DNA of 54,310 bases, filler included, from Malassezia furfur (GCA_052055015.1; 2 parts of 2 records of this genome joined end to end with filler, not necessarily neighbours in it), one strand, 5' to 3'; counted from the first letter of the whole stretch, positions 34,666 through 45,855 are shown. Numbers and translations: made by a program. Notes: generated from the sequence alone by a model not told the origin.

Positions 34666-34785
34666 GCGCGGCAAGGTGGTAAAGTAAAAAAAGACTGTAT
34701 TCAAATACTATTTAGCAAAGAAGTGGGACAAAAGGGGAAGAATGCAAGAAAAGCGCAGCTCCGAACCGGTCGTGTGTTGTGTCGC

Positions 34786-37293
34786 TTAGTAGCTTGCCGA
34801 GACGCTCTGGTGGCCCTCGCGGTCGTGCATCGAGATCGAGTACTGGCCGTGCGAGTGGCGGTTGCCCGTGCTCTGCATCTGGTTGTGGTAGTACGAGTTG
34901 ATCTGGTCGTGCGACAGACCCGTACCGCCCAGCAGACCCTGCGCGAGGATCTCCTGCAGGTCGTTCGCCTCGTTGGCGAGCGTGTTGTGCGACGAGCCGC
35001 TCTGCGACGCGGTCATCACGCTGTCGAGCAGCGAGCTGTCGCCCACGCTGTTGGACACACGCGCGGCCTGCTGGCCGCGGTGGTGCGACGCACTCGACGT
35101 GGGGCGCGACTGGCCGTTGTGGCGCGAGCGCGTGAGGTGACCCATCGACGAGGTGCTCGCACGGCCGCTGCTGCTCGCGCTCGCGTTGCCGCGGTGGTGG
35201 CTGCGCGACGCCGAAGGGCTGTGGTGGCCCGACGAGCTCGAGGAGCCCGCGGCGTACGCGGCGCTCGGCGCAGACGACGAGCCGCTTGCCGAGCCCGTCG
35301 AGGACGCATCGGTCGAGGCCGAGCCGCTGTTGCTCGACGAACGGTGCTCCTGGTTGTGGTGACGCGAGTGCGACGACGACGACGAGCCGCTCGGCGCCGA
35401 GCTCGACCACGACGAGGACTCCGTCGCAGAGCTGCCGGTGGGCGCCGACGACGACGACCACGAGGCCGTCGAGGTGGCGTCCGCCGAAGACGAGCCGGTG
35501 GAGCTCGGGTCCGCCGACGACGACGACACGCTTTCCGGCGTGCCCATCTTGGGCTTGCGCGCACCCGACGACGACGACGAGGCCGCGGACGACGACGACG
35601 TCGGCGCGGACGACGACGAGCCACTGTCAGACGACGACGACGGCTCACCACTCGACGAGCTGCTCGCGCCCTCGCCAGCGGGGTTGGACAGCGCCGCAAT
35701 ACGGGCCGGGCCACCAAGGCCACCCGCACGCTTCTCAAGCGCGCGCTTCGAGGCCGCAGCCGGGTCCGAAGCGACGGTCGGCGCCGCGACGGCCGAGTCG
35801 GTCGACGACGCAGCGTCGGTGGCCGAGTCGGTGGCCGAGTCGGTGGCCGAGTCAGTTGCGCTCGTGGGCGCAGCCGCGTCCGTCGACGACGGCGTGGCCG
35901 ACGACGAGGACGAGGCGGCACCCGTCGACGACGCACTGCTCGACTTCGACTTGGAGTGCTTGCCGTGCTTCGACTTGTGGTGGCTCGCCGACGAGCTCGC
36001 ACTGGGCACCGACGAGCTGTGGTGCTTGTGGTGCTTGCTGTGCGTCGACGACGCGGCGGACGAAGCGCTGGCGTGGTGCTTGTGCGACGCAGACGACGTG
36101 CTGTGGTGCTTGTGGTGGCGCGAGGACGTCGTCAGGTTCGCATCGTCCGACATCTGCGCGAGCGCCTGGCGACCCGACTCCGCACCCGAGTACGGCGCGT
36201 ACTCGGAGCTGCCCGAGTCGCTGTTCTCGAGGAACACGTTGCCGCTCGTCGCAGCAGCGTTGCGCGAGCCCGAGTGGTGCGAGTGGTGACGCGACGTGCC
36301 GGTCGAGCCCGTCGAGCCCGACGTGGTGCCCGACGTGGTGCCCGACTGCGCCGCATCCGACTCCGACTCCGGGATGTAGTGCTGGCCGCCAATGTTGAGC
36401 ACAAAGGCGGGCGAGTTGCCGCTCGTGCCGTCGTTCTCACCCGTGCCCGAGTTGCTGTTGCTGCTGCTCAGCAACTGGTTGACGTAGTCGTCGCTCGAGC
36501 CCGACGCGGCGTCCTGGCCGTTCTGGGCGGCGGTCTGGCCGTCCGTGTAGGCCTGGCGGCTGGACGACAGGCCCGACGAGGTGTCCGTAGACGTAGCGTC
36601 GTCCGAGCCCGTGAGGCCGCTGCCGGAGTAGGCGTCCGAGTCACTGCTGTCGGTGCCGTCGGTGGTGTAGTCACTCGAGCTGGCGTTCGAGTTCCCACTG
36701 TCGTCCGACAGGCCGTTGGCGTTCGAGCCCGAGTTGCCGTTCGTCGCAGCGTTGGCGAGCGCGCCACGCGCGCCGGAGCCTTGCGCGCTCTTCGGCAGCG
36801 AGAAGCCCCACGGGCCGTCCTCGCTGACCATCTCCGTCGACGACGAGGCCGACGACGAGGAGTGGTGCGAGCGGCGGGCGTGCTGGGCCGCGGGGGTAGC
36901 CGCGTACGTGCTGTCCTTCTTCTCGATGACAAACGCAGGCGACTCCTTCTTGTGCTTCCCGTCGGAGAACACGACGACAAACTGGTTCTTGCCAGTAGAG
37001 TAGGGTGCCTTGACCGACACTCGGTTGTCGTGGGCCTTGGTGCCATCGACGTTCGAGGCGATCTTCTTCACCAGGTGCTTGCCAGAGGCGTCCACCTCGA
37101 CCAGCGAGATGTCCATCTTCTTCCAGTCGGACGAGCCAGAGAGATCCGGCTGCCATGTGATGTTCATCTCATGGCCGGGACGCGTCGCGGCCGGGGCCTC
37201 GGGCACGATGCCGGTGCTCGCCTTGGACACAGGCGCGGCGCTGGCAAGCATGCCCGTGGCCGAGATAAAAGCGGGGATGAAGCGGTACTGCAT
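34786..37293 (-). CDS. Secreted Ser/His-rich protein with an N-terminal Kre9/Knh1-like Ig-type domain
   Basis: Signal peptide MQYRFIPAFISATGMLASA; G.EMNITW...MDISL...IASNVD...SPAFVI domain; long Ser/Thr/His low-complexity tail. Confidence 0.7.
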   Translation of the reverse strand: MQYRFIPAFISATGMLASAAPVSKASTGIVPEAPAATRPGHEMNITWQPDLSGSSDWKKMDISLVEVDASGKHLVKKIASNVDGTKAHDNRVSVKAPYSTGKNQFVVVFSDGKHKKESPAFVIEKKDSTYAATPAAQHARRSHHSSSSASSSTEMVSEDGPWGFSLPKSAQGSGARGALANAATNGNSGSNANGLSDDSGNSNASSSDYTTDGTDSSDSDAYSGSGLTGSDDATSTDTSSGLSSSRQAYTDGQTAAQNGQDAASGSSDDYVNQLLSSSNSNSGTGENDGTSGNSPAFVLNIGGQHYIPESESDAAQSGTTSGTTSGSTGSTGTSRHHSHHSGSRNAAATSGNVFLENSDSGSSEYAPYSGAESGRQALAQMSDDANLTTSSRHHKHHSTSSASHKHHASASSAASSTHSKHHKHHSSSVPSASSSASHHKSKHGKHSKSKSSSASSTGAASSSSSATPSSTDAAAPTSATDSATDSATDSATDAASSTDSAVAAPTVASDPAAASKRALEKRAGGLGGPARIAALSNPAGEGASSSSSGEPSSSSDSGSSSSAPTSSSSAASSSSSGARKPKMGTPESVSSSSADPSSTGSSSADATSTASWSSSSAPTGSSATESSSWSSSAPSGSSSSSHSRHHNQEHRSSSNSGSASTDASSTGSASGSSSAPSAAYAAGSSSSSGHHSPSASRSHHRGNASASSSGRASTSSMGHLTRSRHNGQSRPTSSASHHRGQQAARVSNSVGDSSLLDSVMTASQSGSSHNTLANEANDLQEILAQGLLGGTGLSHDQINSYYHNQMQSTGNRHSHGQYSISMHDREGHQSVSASY
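35815..35862 (-). repeat. 12-bp coding tandem repeat (~4 units, SATD)
   Basis: gtcggtggccga x3 plus one degenerate unit. Confidence 0.85.
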
Positions 37294-37649
37294 TGCGAGT
37301 AGCGAAAGAGTGTAGATGAAGTAGGTGAGAGTACGCGATCAACGCTGTACCGAAGGCACTCGTGGGCGTGCGGTTACCAGAACCGCGGGAGAGAGAGGGA
37401 TAGGTGAAGGAATGGGGCCGCGCCCCCATCGCCAATATAAGCACTTTGCTCGTGGGTCATCAATGGACCGACAGATCGCAGTACGCAGCGTAGATGCTCG
37501 TCGGCACGCCGCGCCGCGTGGGTGGTGCAATTCGCGCCTGTCATGCATCACGTGGATCGGCCAATGCGGGGTACGACCCTGGATGAACATCTACCAATTC
37601 TACATCGCGCATGGCGAGCGTATCGGCGGGCGCGCATGGAGATCCCTCG

Positions 37650-39178
37650 TCACCGCCACTGGTGCTGTTTCGCGCCAATCGCAACCGCAAGGTCCTCGAG
37701 CTCACGTCCCCACGCACGGAGCACCCCAGCCTGTCGGCGGCTCACCTGCTCCGCGCGTGGCGCAAGCTCGAGCGTCTCCTCCACTTGGTCGATCCGGCCG
37801 CGGATGCGCCCGTCGAGGATGAGCATCAGCACCAACGACGTGACCCGCTCCGGCGCAAGCTGAAGCATGTCGGCGAGCGCAGAGAGCCGGATCGAGCCAT
37901 AGGGGCGCACAGCGCCAATCAGATATTGGATCCGTAGCTCGGTGAGCACGTCCGCAATAAACTCGCGGATAAAGTCGTCGTCGGTGAGCGTCGCGTGGTT
38001 TTCTGGGTAAGCGCGTCACGTACCGCGCACGATGCGCTCCGCGCCTTGCACGTCGCGCCGCTGGTACGCATCGACAAGCGAGGTCATCGCAACAATGTTG
38101 GGGTCGTCACGATACGGCTTGGTCTCCTGCGAGTCGAATGGGTTGACGTCGCTGCCCATGAGCATGTGCGCAAGCACGAGGTACTTTAGGACTTGGATGC
38201 GCAGCTGACTGCCGGCCTCGTCGTAGTTGCGGAACGCCTGGAAAAAGTCGACCTGCGCGGCCTCCCAGTTTTCTGCGTGAGCGTCGCGACGTACTCTCCG
38301 CCATGTGCATCTTGCCACCGCTCTCGCGGATCATGCCCATCGTGCGGGGGTGCGGAATCGCGTTCTTGATCCGCATTGCCGCATCGTAGGTGTCCTGCGT
38401 CAGTGTGTCGACGCACCTTGACTCTCTTCAGGTTGCCCATCTCGCGGTACATCTGGATCTCGAGCGCGAGCAGCTCGAGCATGAGCGTGCCCTTCGACTG
38501 CCCGTCGCCGGCGTCGGCCGCAAACTCGTTCGCGCGCAGCTCACGCAACGTCTCGGTGAGGCGCGCCCACTCCTTGCGCGACAGCCAGAGCCGTGCGAGT
38601 TTCAGCTTGATCTTCATATTGAGCCGGTCGCTCTGCGATGCGGCAAGCACCTCGTCGGTCGCCTGGTAGAACGCCTCGAGGATCGCGAGGGACGCGTTGG
38701 ACGCCGAGACGTAGTCAAGGATGGAGTTGACCGATTTCTCGCTGCATCAGCACGGCACGTACGTGTAGTTGCGTGTCACTGCCGACTTGGTATACTTGAG
38801 CAGCGCGCGGTAGGTCCGCAGCGCCTCTTCGTGCTGCCCCCGGTGGAAGTGGATCTTGGTCTGCTGCTTGTGCGCCTTGAACCCCCTGCGTAAGTGCGCC
38901 GACGCACCATTCCGTCATATCGGTCTCGGCATCCAGGATATCCTGGAGCTCGCGGATCGCCGCGTCGGGCTGCTCAGCCTTGATGGCTGCGTCAGCGCGC
39001 GTTGCGCACCTTTTGCGTCGTAGTACTTGTTCTCGATATACGCGTCCGCGTCCTGTTCGTCGTCGTCGTCCTCATATTCGAAGTCGTAGTCCTAAATCAG
39101 TCGCTTTTGCGCACCTCTTCGAGCGCATCGTCCATCATAAACTGCGTCAGCTGCGTGGCCTACCTCCTCGTCCGACAT
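37650..39178 (-). CDS. CSN2: COP9 signalosome subunit 2; 9 exons
   Basis: MSDEE|FMMD..|[65 protein letters not shown] domain. Introns 39142-39163, 39092-39114, 38987-39009, 38886-38907, 38742-38762, 38395-38416, 38273-38294, 38003-38023. Confidence 0.95.
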
Positions 39179-39291
39179 CCTGGCGGCGCACGGTCGTTGC
39201 GGTGCTCGCCGATCGATCGGGAAATTACACACGTGCTGTGCTCCCGGCCGTCGCGCAGCCGAACTCCGTTTCTGATCGTCGATCGCTCGCC

Positions 39292-40009
39292 ATGGTTCTG
39301 GTGCGTGTGCGGACACAGTGCGCCTTCTTACCCCCAGGAAAAGCTGTCCATCTACCCCCAGCCTGATCAGCCGGTGACGGTCGTCGAGACGTCGAACGAG
39401 CTTGAGCGCCAGGTCGGCGGCATCCGCGAAGCCGTGCAGCGAAGTACGCGCGGGGCCCTGCAGTCGGTGCGCTCGGGCGTTGACCGTGTGGTGAACACGG
39501 AGCACAAGGTCGAGAGTAAGTTTGCGATGCACTGACCCCAGACCGCTTTGACCAGCTCGTCGCCAAGGACGAGACGCTCACGCCCAACGGCCTGTACGTC
39601 GGCGTTGCGACGCTCGCAAGCATTGTGTTCACGCGCTACCGTACGTGTTGCAGCTCACCCAGGCTCCTTCCCGGTTCGCTGGCTCACGCCGCCGCTTGTG
39701 CTTGCGGCGTCGTTCAAGTACTTCCTGCCGCACACATTCGACAACACGGCGGAATACTACGACTCGGTGGAACACAAGCACTTCCCGCAGTTCAGCGAGA
39801 AGCGTCAGGACGCCTGGTCGTCGATCAAGCGCACCTACTTCACCGGTGTGTCGCACCTCGAGCGCACGGGCGAGCAGGCCAAGGACGCCTTCGCGTCGGG
39901 CGTCCACAATGTCGAGAACAGCACCGGCCTCAAGCTCGGCTCGGTACTGCCGACCGGCACGGTGCCGCAGTCGGCGCCGGAGCTGGCCGACAAGACGAAA
40001 CTCGTGTAA
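39292..40009 (+). CDS. MICOS subunit Mic26/Mic27 (ApoO family); 4 exons
   Basis: EKLSIYP, E.LTP.GLYVGVATLA, RWLTP, YFLPHTF. Introns 39301-39337, 39516-39541, 39641-39662. Confidence 0.8.
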
Positions 40010-40030
40010 TAGGGTATAGCCGGCTCGATC

Positions 40031-40951
40031 CTATCGCTTCGCATGTCCGGGTGCCAAGAGTTGTCCTGCGAGACGCCGCCCAGCGGCACTCAGTTGTGGC
40101 GCACGCCGCGTCCGCGAAAAGGCCGGCGACGCCCGTGCAGACCTGGGCCGCTCGGCGCGCGCCTCGTGGAATGCGCGCCGTACGACCGGGGTCGACAAGC
40201 CGGGGTCCGTAGACGACTCACCGACCAGCGGCAGGTCGTCGCTCCACCCGATGCGCTCACGCAGGTCGGCGTCGCGGGCCGCACGTTCCAGACGCGCCTT
40301 TTTGTCCGCACGGAACGCGCGGCGCATCTCCGCGTTGCGTGCATACGGGTCCGCCCACCGTCCTTGATTGTGTTCTTCGAGCTCCTCGATGCGCGCCTGG
40401 CGCTTCGCTCCGTCCTGCCGCTGGGTCTTTTTGCGCACGAGCTGCGAAAAGGCACCGTCTTCGCTAGGTGCATCGGGGTCTGTATGAGGGTGAAGAGCGT
40501 ACCGTAAATAGGGAATCCACCATGCTCTTCGGGGTTCCAGTCCTGGAGCTGTTCGCGAGCACCAGATTCAACCACATAGCGCGTGTGCTCGGGGTCCGTC
40601 TGGATCGCAAAATAGCTCTTGCACGACGGGCATTTGCACCGGAACAACCAAATGGGCGTCGAGTAATACTGACCAACCTGCCGCTTCTCTGCATTGAACC
40701 GCACGCCCTGACCGATCCGCTCATTGCACGAGAGGCTGTGGTCAGCATGAGCACGTACCACCAGACGTGAAAGGGTAGCTCGACTGCGTCAGCGCCACGC
40801 GTACGTACATCGCACCACTTTGCCAAACTTAGGCGGCCCTTCTCGCCGCGTCTGCCGTGGCTTGAAGGGTTTATCTCGATCGTCCTCGTCCCACGGGCGG
40901 TACCGCCCCACTACGTGTCAGTGTCGCACACCTACTATTAAACCCCTGCAT
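40031..40951 (-). CDS. YJU2/CCDC130 (Saf4)-family splicing factor; 5 exons
   Basis: MQGFNMGRY, VRFELPFHVWC..C, IGQGVRFNAEK, YYSTPIW, C..C, TDP. Introns 40911-40935, 40784-40808, 40736-40758, 40480-40502. Confidence 0.9.
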
Positions 40952-40986
40952 GGTGGACGCAGTGACCTCCACACGTGCACGGGCGA

Positions 40987-42171
40987 CTACGGCAAGGAGA
41001 GTGCACGGAAGTCCCAGTACTTGGTCCGTGCAGGGTCTGCATGGCGCAGTCGCGCAAGGATCTGGGTAAGCATGCGACGTACCGCATGGCCCTCGTTCCG
41101 GAGCGCCTCGTCCTGGGATGCCTGGTACCGCTCGACCGTCGCATCCAGTAGCCACTCCAGCGCATGCGCCGGTGTCCGACCCGCCTCATCGGTCTCGGGG
41201 TGCTCTGCGGCACGCACATGGTCGCCGTCCGGCACAAATGCAGCAACCTCGTTTGCAATATCGGCCATGGGCTTGTGTGGCTCGAGCGCCGTGCACAGTC
41301 TGGGTCAGATTCCCACATACCCGCGCAGGTAGTTCCACGGGCTCGCATTGTTGGGTGCCTTGGCAATTTTGTCAAGCGCATACGCGATTTCGGCATCGCG
41401 CGTTGTTTGTAGCGATGGAGTAAGCCGTCGTCCGTCTGCCCCTCGCCCAAAGATGCAAAACCAGCGGTGGTTGTACGCGCTGTTGTTCCGAAGGTCCTCG
41501 GCGAGCATTTCATCGACAAACGCAAGCTCGCCGTCCCACAGCTGCGGGAAGGCGCCCGCGCCCTGTGCACGTAGCTTTTTGTCGTGCTCGTGCAGTCCAC
41601 CAAAATGGGCCAGCACCCACTGCCGGTACGCCCACGTATGGTAGTTCTTGGCGTCGAGGCTCAGATTCGCGCGCGTGAAGTCGAGTTCGCGACTTGGGTC
41701 GCCCAGCACAGACACAATGATGCGGCGATGTTGCCTGCGTTAGTATGATACAAACCAAATCTGGTAGTTCTTCATATTGTGCTTCGCAAACTCGTCCAAG
41801 AAATCGAGCTCGCGGCGCAGGCGGTCCTGGTTGCCGTCGGCCTGGCTAAGCTCCATCAGCACCTCGGCACGGTACTGCCAAACACTGTAGTTGGCTGGAT
41901 TGAGGTACACAAGATGTGCGGTGAGCTGAAGTGCGCGTTCAGACGCCTCGACGCGCCCAGGATGCATCTGTTTGAGCGCACGGAAGAGGTCCATGGCCTG
42001 GGAATCTGCGTCAGCACGCGACGTACACTCGGGGTCATACAGAATAGGGCACAGTGGGTATGGCCCATCGTCCTGTGGGACCGGTACAACGTCGGCCCAC
42101 GTAGCAGACGTCGGGTCAAAGCGCATGGTGGACGGATCCTGCTCCGCGCCCACCTCGCGAATGGCAACCAT
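40987..42171 (-). CDS. RAM2: Protein farnesyl/geranylgeranyltransferase alpha subunit; 4 exons
   Basis: WADVVPVPQDDG, NPANYSVWQYR, KNYQIWQHRR, KNYHTWAYRQW, RNNSAYNHRW, NNASPWNYLRG. Three 21-nt introns: 42006-42026, 41735-41755, 41300-41320. Confidence 0.95.
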
Positions 42172-42261
42172 GCGGATGTGGAGGACAAAGGAACACAACA
42201 AAGTAACTATGGGCCTATCACCCCGCAGAAACAGAAACGGAACTCGCGCATCTTGCCAAGT

Positions 42262-43491
42262 CTAGGCACGCAGCGCACCACTAGCGACGCGCTGCAGCGC
42301 AGTGTCAGGAGCCACACTACGTGCCTCGTCGGCATCGGCCACGTCGGTGTCTGTGAGGTAATCCTCTTCAAAGAGTGTACACCAGTCGTACGATCCCAGC
42401 CGGCGCTGCAAAAGGTCGCAGACGCGCGCCTTGGTCCAGCCATCAAACTCGATCTGCAGTGCCAACGGATGACTTGGGTCGGCCTCAGACAGCAGCGTAT
42501 CGACATTGAGATGGTTCGGCCACAGGTGCTGTTCGCGGAGGAGCCATTCGAGACGCACGATGCGCCGCTTGTGTGCACAGTACGCCTCGTGGATTACGCG
42601 TAAACGTTCTCGCACTTCTGGATCGAGGATTCGTCCGGATACGTCGGCCGCTCGCCCTCCAGGTCCGTCGTACCATGGCGGTATGTCTGGCTCGAGGGGC
42701 ACATACAGAGTCGTCACGACGCGGCGGCGCATGCGCTTGCTGGGCGCGACGGGGAACAGGCGCTCAAGGTCGCGCTCCGACACCGTCAGTGTGTGCTCGG
42801 GCTCGTCCTCGTACATCGGCGCCGCTGCCAGCGCCGACGCATTGAACGCCTTGGCGTCCGACACATCGGTGCGCTTCACAGGCGCATACAGCGATCCATC
42901 CAGCTCGATACCAAAGCGGTGCACATTGAGCGAGTGCGCAAATGCCGACCAGGCGCACTGCGCCGTCCACTTGTGCGACCATTGATCTTCCACCTCGCAG
43001 CCCACGGCGCGGAGCGCCAATGGAGCGTTGGTGACCAGCGTTTCAAACAGGCGGGCACCCTGAGGGCCCGAGCTAAAGGAGCGTGCAGACTGCAGGCCCG
43101 CGCCGTGGCGCATCGACGGCACGTACGTGGGTCCGCGCGGCAGCCGCGCGCGCATCGCAGCAAAGTTGCCGAGCGGCGTCGCACGGCTCGACAGGCCAAA
43201 GTGCTCCGGCACGAACCCGGAGCGCGGCGCCAGGGGCCGCACCACGTTCTTGACTGTCGAGGGCGAAAAGACACGCAATGCGCCGTCCCAGAAGGGCGCG
43301 AGCTTCTCCAGCGTGAGACGTGCATAGCGTCCGAGGCGGTGGCGGCGGGCGCGCCGAGCCGCCACACCGGGGGTTCGAGTCGAGTATCGTGAGGCAGCCG
43401 TTCGCTGCGCACGTAGTGCTCCGGCTGGATCTAGGTTGCGACCCAGCCGGGCCATTGCTCGGAAGAGGTCCTGTTTAGGAGGACCTGCCAT
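42262..43491 (-). CDS. Hypothetical protein, possibly mitochondrial
   Basis: ~409-aa open frame; Arg-rich N-terminus; GLQSARSFSSG...LFETLVTNAPLALRA segment looks like a conserved fungal motif. Start uncertain. Confidence 0.65.
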   Translation of the reverse strand: MAGPPKQDLFRAMARLGRNLDPAGALRAQRTAASRYSTRTPGVAARRARRHRLGRYARLTLEKLAPFWDGALRVFSPSTVKNVVRPLAPRSGFVPEHFGLSSRATPLGNFAAMRARLPRGPTYVPSMRHGAGLQSARSFSSGPQGARLFETLVTNAPLALRAVGCEVEDQWSHKWTAQCAWSAFAHSLNVHRFGIELDGSLYAPVKRTDVSDAKAFNASALAAAPMYEDEPEHTLTVSERDLERLFPVAPSKRMRRRVVTTLYVPLEPDIPPWYDGPGGRAADVSGRILDPEVRERLRVIHEAYCAHKRRIVRLEWLLREQHLWPNHLNVDTLLSEADPSHPLALQIEFDGWTKARVCDLLQRRLGSYDWCTLFEEDYLTDTDVADADEARSVAPDTALQRVASGALRA

Positions 43492-43669
43492 GCCGAGCGT
43501 CTGCAGTCCAAGCTGTTCGGAGGAAAGTGTGGAGCAGTGGCGGCGTGCCCACGATGCAGGGGCCACTCCGACGCCACCGGCACGTGGCTGTGTGGGGCCG
43601 CGTCCCTGGGCGCGAGGAGCGACGCAAGACACGCGACAATGGTATCCATAGAAGTGTGCTAGTCACATA

Positions 43670-44364
43670 TTACAGAAGAAGCAGAAGCGACACACCAATG
43701 GGTGCAACAATAAAGAGAAGGACATGAATCGAGGGGCGAATGGCCGCGCTCAGGAACAGGATGGGGAAGGTGTTGGCATATTTGCCCTCGCCATTTGTGG
43801 AGCTGAGCGGCACGAAGCCAAGCATACGGTCGCGGTCATTCGAGGCGAGGTCGTCGCAGTTGGGGATCTTGCATGCCTCCTCCGCCGACACCTTGGCCTG
43901 GATACGGTACCAGCAGGTCGTCTCGGTCGCCGCGGTACAGCACGTGTTCACGATGCTGTCAGTCCAGCCAGCCTGCTGGTTCTGCGACAAAGCGTTATCC
44001 ATCGTACAGGTACCCTGCGGCGTGTCCGCCGAGAGCGTCGCCGTCGCGCCTGCCGACGCAACACCGGAATGCTCGAGCTGGTTCGACGCGGTGGGCGTAG
44101 GCACGTCCGACGACGTCGCGTTGCTGGTTGCAGAGCTGTGCGAGCTCGGCGCACTTTTGGCGGCAGACGAGGTAGTATTCGACGCGGTCGCGTTGTGTTC
44201 GGCGCGTGCGACGACCGGCGACGCAAAAACGGGCGCTGCGGGAACGGGCGCATTCAGGTCATTCTCGCTGTGTGAGCATATTCGACCTACCCCATGGCAA
44301 GCTGGGCCTGCGCCACAGACATGAGCGCGAAAATCGCAAGCAGCACCGCAGCAAAGGCCTTCAT
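43670..44364 (-). CDS. Small secreted, probably GPI-anchored, Cys-containing protein; 2 exons
   Basis: Signal peptide MKAFAAVLLAIFALMSVAQA; Ser/Thr/Pro stalk; 6 Cys; hydrophobic C-terminus; 23-nt intron 44268-44290. Confidence 0.8.
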
Positions 44365-44498
44365 CGACGTTTCCCTAACAGTGCCGTGAGCGCCGTGGGG
44401 TCGACTTGGGCGACCTCTTAAAAAGCCACGTGTAAATGCGTTGCTTACCCCAGGCTATGCGAAGAATGTGGGGTGCGTGACCGGCTTGGTCAGGCGGC

Positions 44499-45800
44499 CT
44501 ACGGGTGCTCGTTGAGCGTCTTGTACATGCCCTGCAGCAGATCGGCCTTGAGGTCCTCGACGTCCTCGATACCGGTCGAGACACGGATCAGGCTCGCGCT
44601 CTCGTCGGGCGTCGACATGATGCGCTGCTCCATAAGCGACTCGACGCCGCCCAGCGACGTCGCCGGCGTGAAGTAGGCAAGGTTGTGCGGCAAGTACTTG
44701 GCCCACTCGTCCTTTTGGAGATACATGGCAAACGTGGGCGAGGCGCCGCCGGGCATCTGCTGGCTCGGGTCGAATGTCCTGTCCTCGAGCCTGCTGTGCT
44801 CGTTCGGATCCGAGTCAGCGTCGTGCCGCGGCTGCAGCGAGGAGTGGTAGACGCGCTGGATAAACTTGCCGTCCGTCAGCTCCGCAGGGATGCCCTCCGG
44901 CGGCGTTTGGCCCTTGGTGAGCGAGAACAACCACCGGACGAGCTCGGTGGCATTCTTAGACTGCTGGCGCACACGCAGCGACATGGTGCGCAGAGACCGC
45001 AGCAGCAGATAGGATTCGAGCGAGCCGAGCACGTACCCGTACACGGTCCGATCATGCCACATGGCCTTGAATGCCTTGTAGTCCTTGGTCGCAACGACGC
45101 CCGCGAGCACGTCCGAGTGGCCGCCAAAGTATTTGGTGCCAGAGTGCATCACAAAGTCGGCGCCCTGGTGGAACGGGTTCTGCAGCGGCGGCGGCGCAAA
45201 CGTGCTGTCCACGCCGAGGTACCCCTTGGCCTCGTGAGCGCGCTTTGCATAGTGCGCAATGTCACGCGCCTCACCGGTCGGGTTGAGCGGCGACTCAACC
45301 CAGACGAGCAGGCCGCCCTGGCGCAGCCCCGTCTCGGGGTCGACCTTGCCCTCGATCGTCGGGTATGGCTCGTCGAGATCGATAAACTTGACATCGCGGC
45401 CGCGCGCATACGTCTGAGCGACGTTATGCACGCCAAAGTAGCCGCGGCGAATCGCGATCACGGTCGGGTTCACAGCGGTGATCACGGCGAGCGCTGCAGA
45501 GAGGCCCGAGCTGAAGGTGAGCGCGTGGCCTTCGAGAATGCTGCTTAGGACCTCTTCCACACGGAGGTTGGTATCCTGCGTGTAGCGACTGTACACGTTC
45601 ACCGATGGCTTCTCTGGTTTGTCGAAAGCGCCCGCGATACCCTTGCCGAGCGACGTGTCGGGATGCGGCTGGCGGAACGTTGTCGAGAGCGACATCGACG
45701 GGGCGACCGGGTGGGCCGGCTCCTTGGAGTGATCCGGCTCGTCGGCGTGCAATAGTTTCGTCTGCAGATTCGGCGTGGGGAGCTGGTTCGGGACAAACAT
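44499..45800 (-). CDS. Cys/Met metabolism PLP enzyme (cystathionine gamma-lyase/synthase family)
   Basis: YSRY, FSSGLSA, WVESPLNP, VDSTFAPP, HSGTKYFGGHSD, ATSLGGVESL, IRVSTGIED. Confidence 0.92.
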   Translation of the reverse strand: MFVPNQLPTPNLQTKLLHADEPDHSKEPAHPVAPSMSLSTTFRQPHPDTSLGKGIAGAFDKPEKPSVNVYSRYTQDTNLRVEEVLSSILEGHALTFSSGLSAALAVITAVNPTVIAIRRGYFGVHNVAQTYARGRDVKFIDLDEPYPTIEGKVDPETGLRQGGLLVWVESPLNPTGEARDIAHYAKRAHEAKGYLGVDSTFAPPPLQNPFHQGADFVMHSGTKYFGGHSDVLAGVVATKDYKAFKAMWHDRTVYGYVLGSLESYLLLRSLRTMSLRVRQQSKNATELVRWLFSLTKGQTPPEGIPAELTDGKFIQRVYHSSLQPRHDADSDPNEHSRLEDRTFDPSQQMPGGASPTFAMYLQKDEWAKYLPHNLAYFTPATSLGGVESLMEQRIMSTPDESASLIRVSTGIEDVEDLKADLLQGMYKTLNEHP

Positions 45801-45855
45801 GGTGGTAGACGGCGCCCTAATCGCTTCGCGAGAACCAAGTCCAAGCGCCGCGTGC

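Noticed and set aside
37650..42171. Fragmented ORFs suggesting pseudogenes, programmed frameshifts or an altered genetic code
   Set aside because: Every break coincides with a GT..branch..YAG micro-intron whose removal restores conserved sequence under the standard code.
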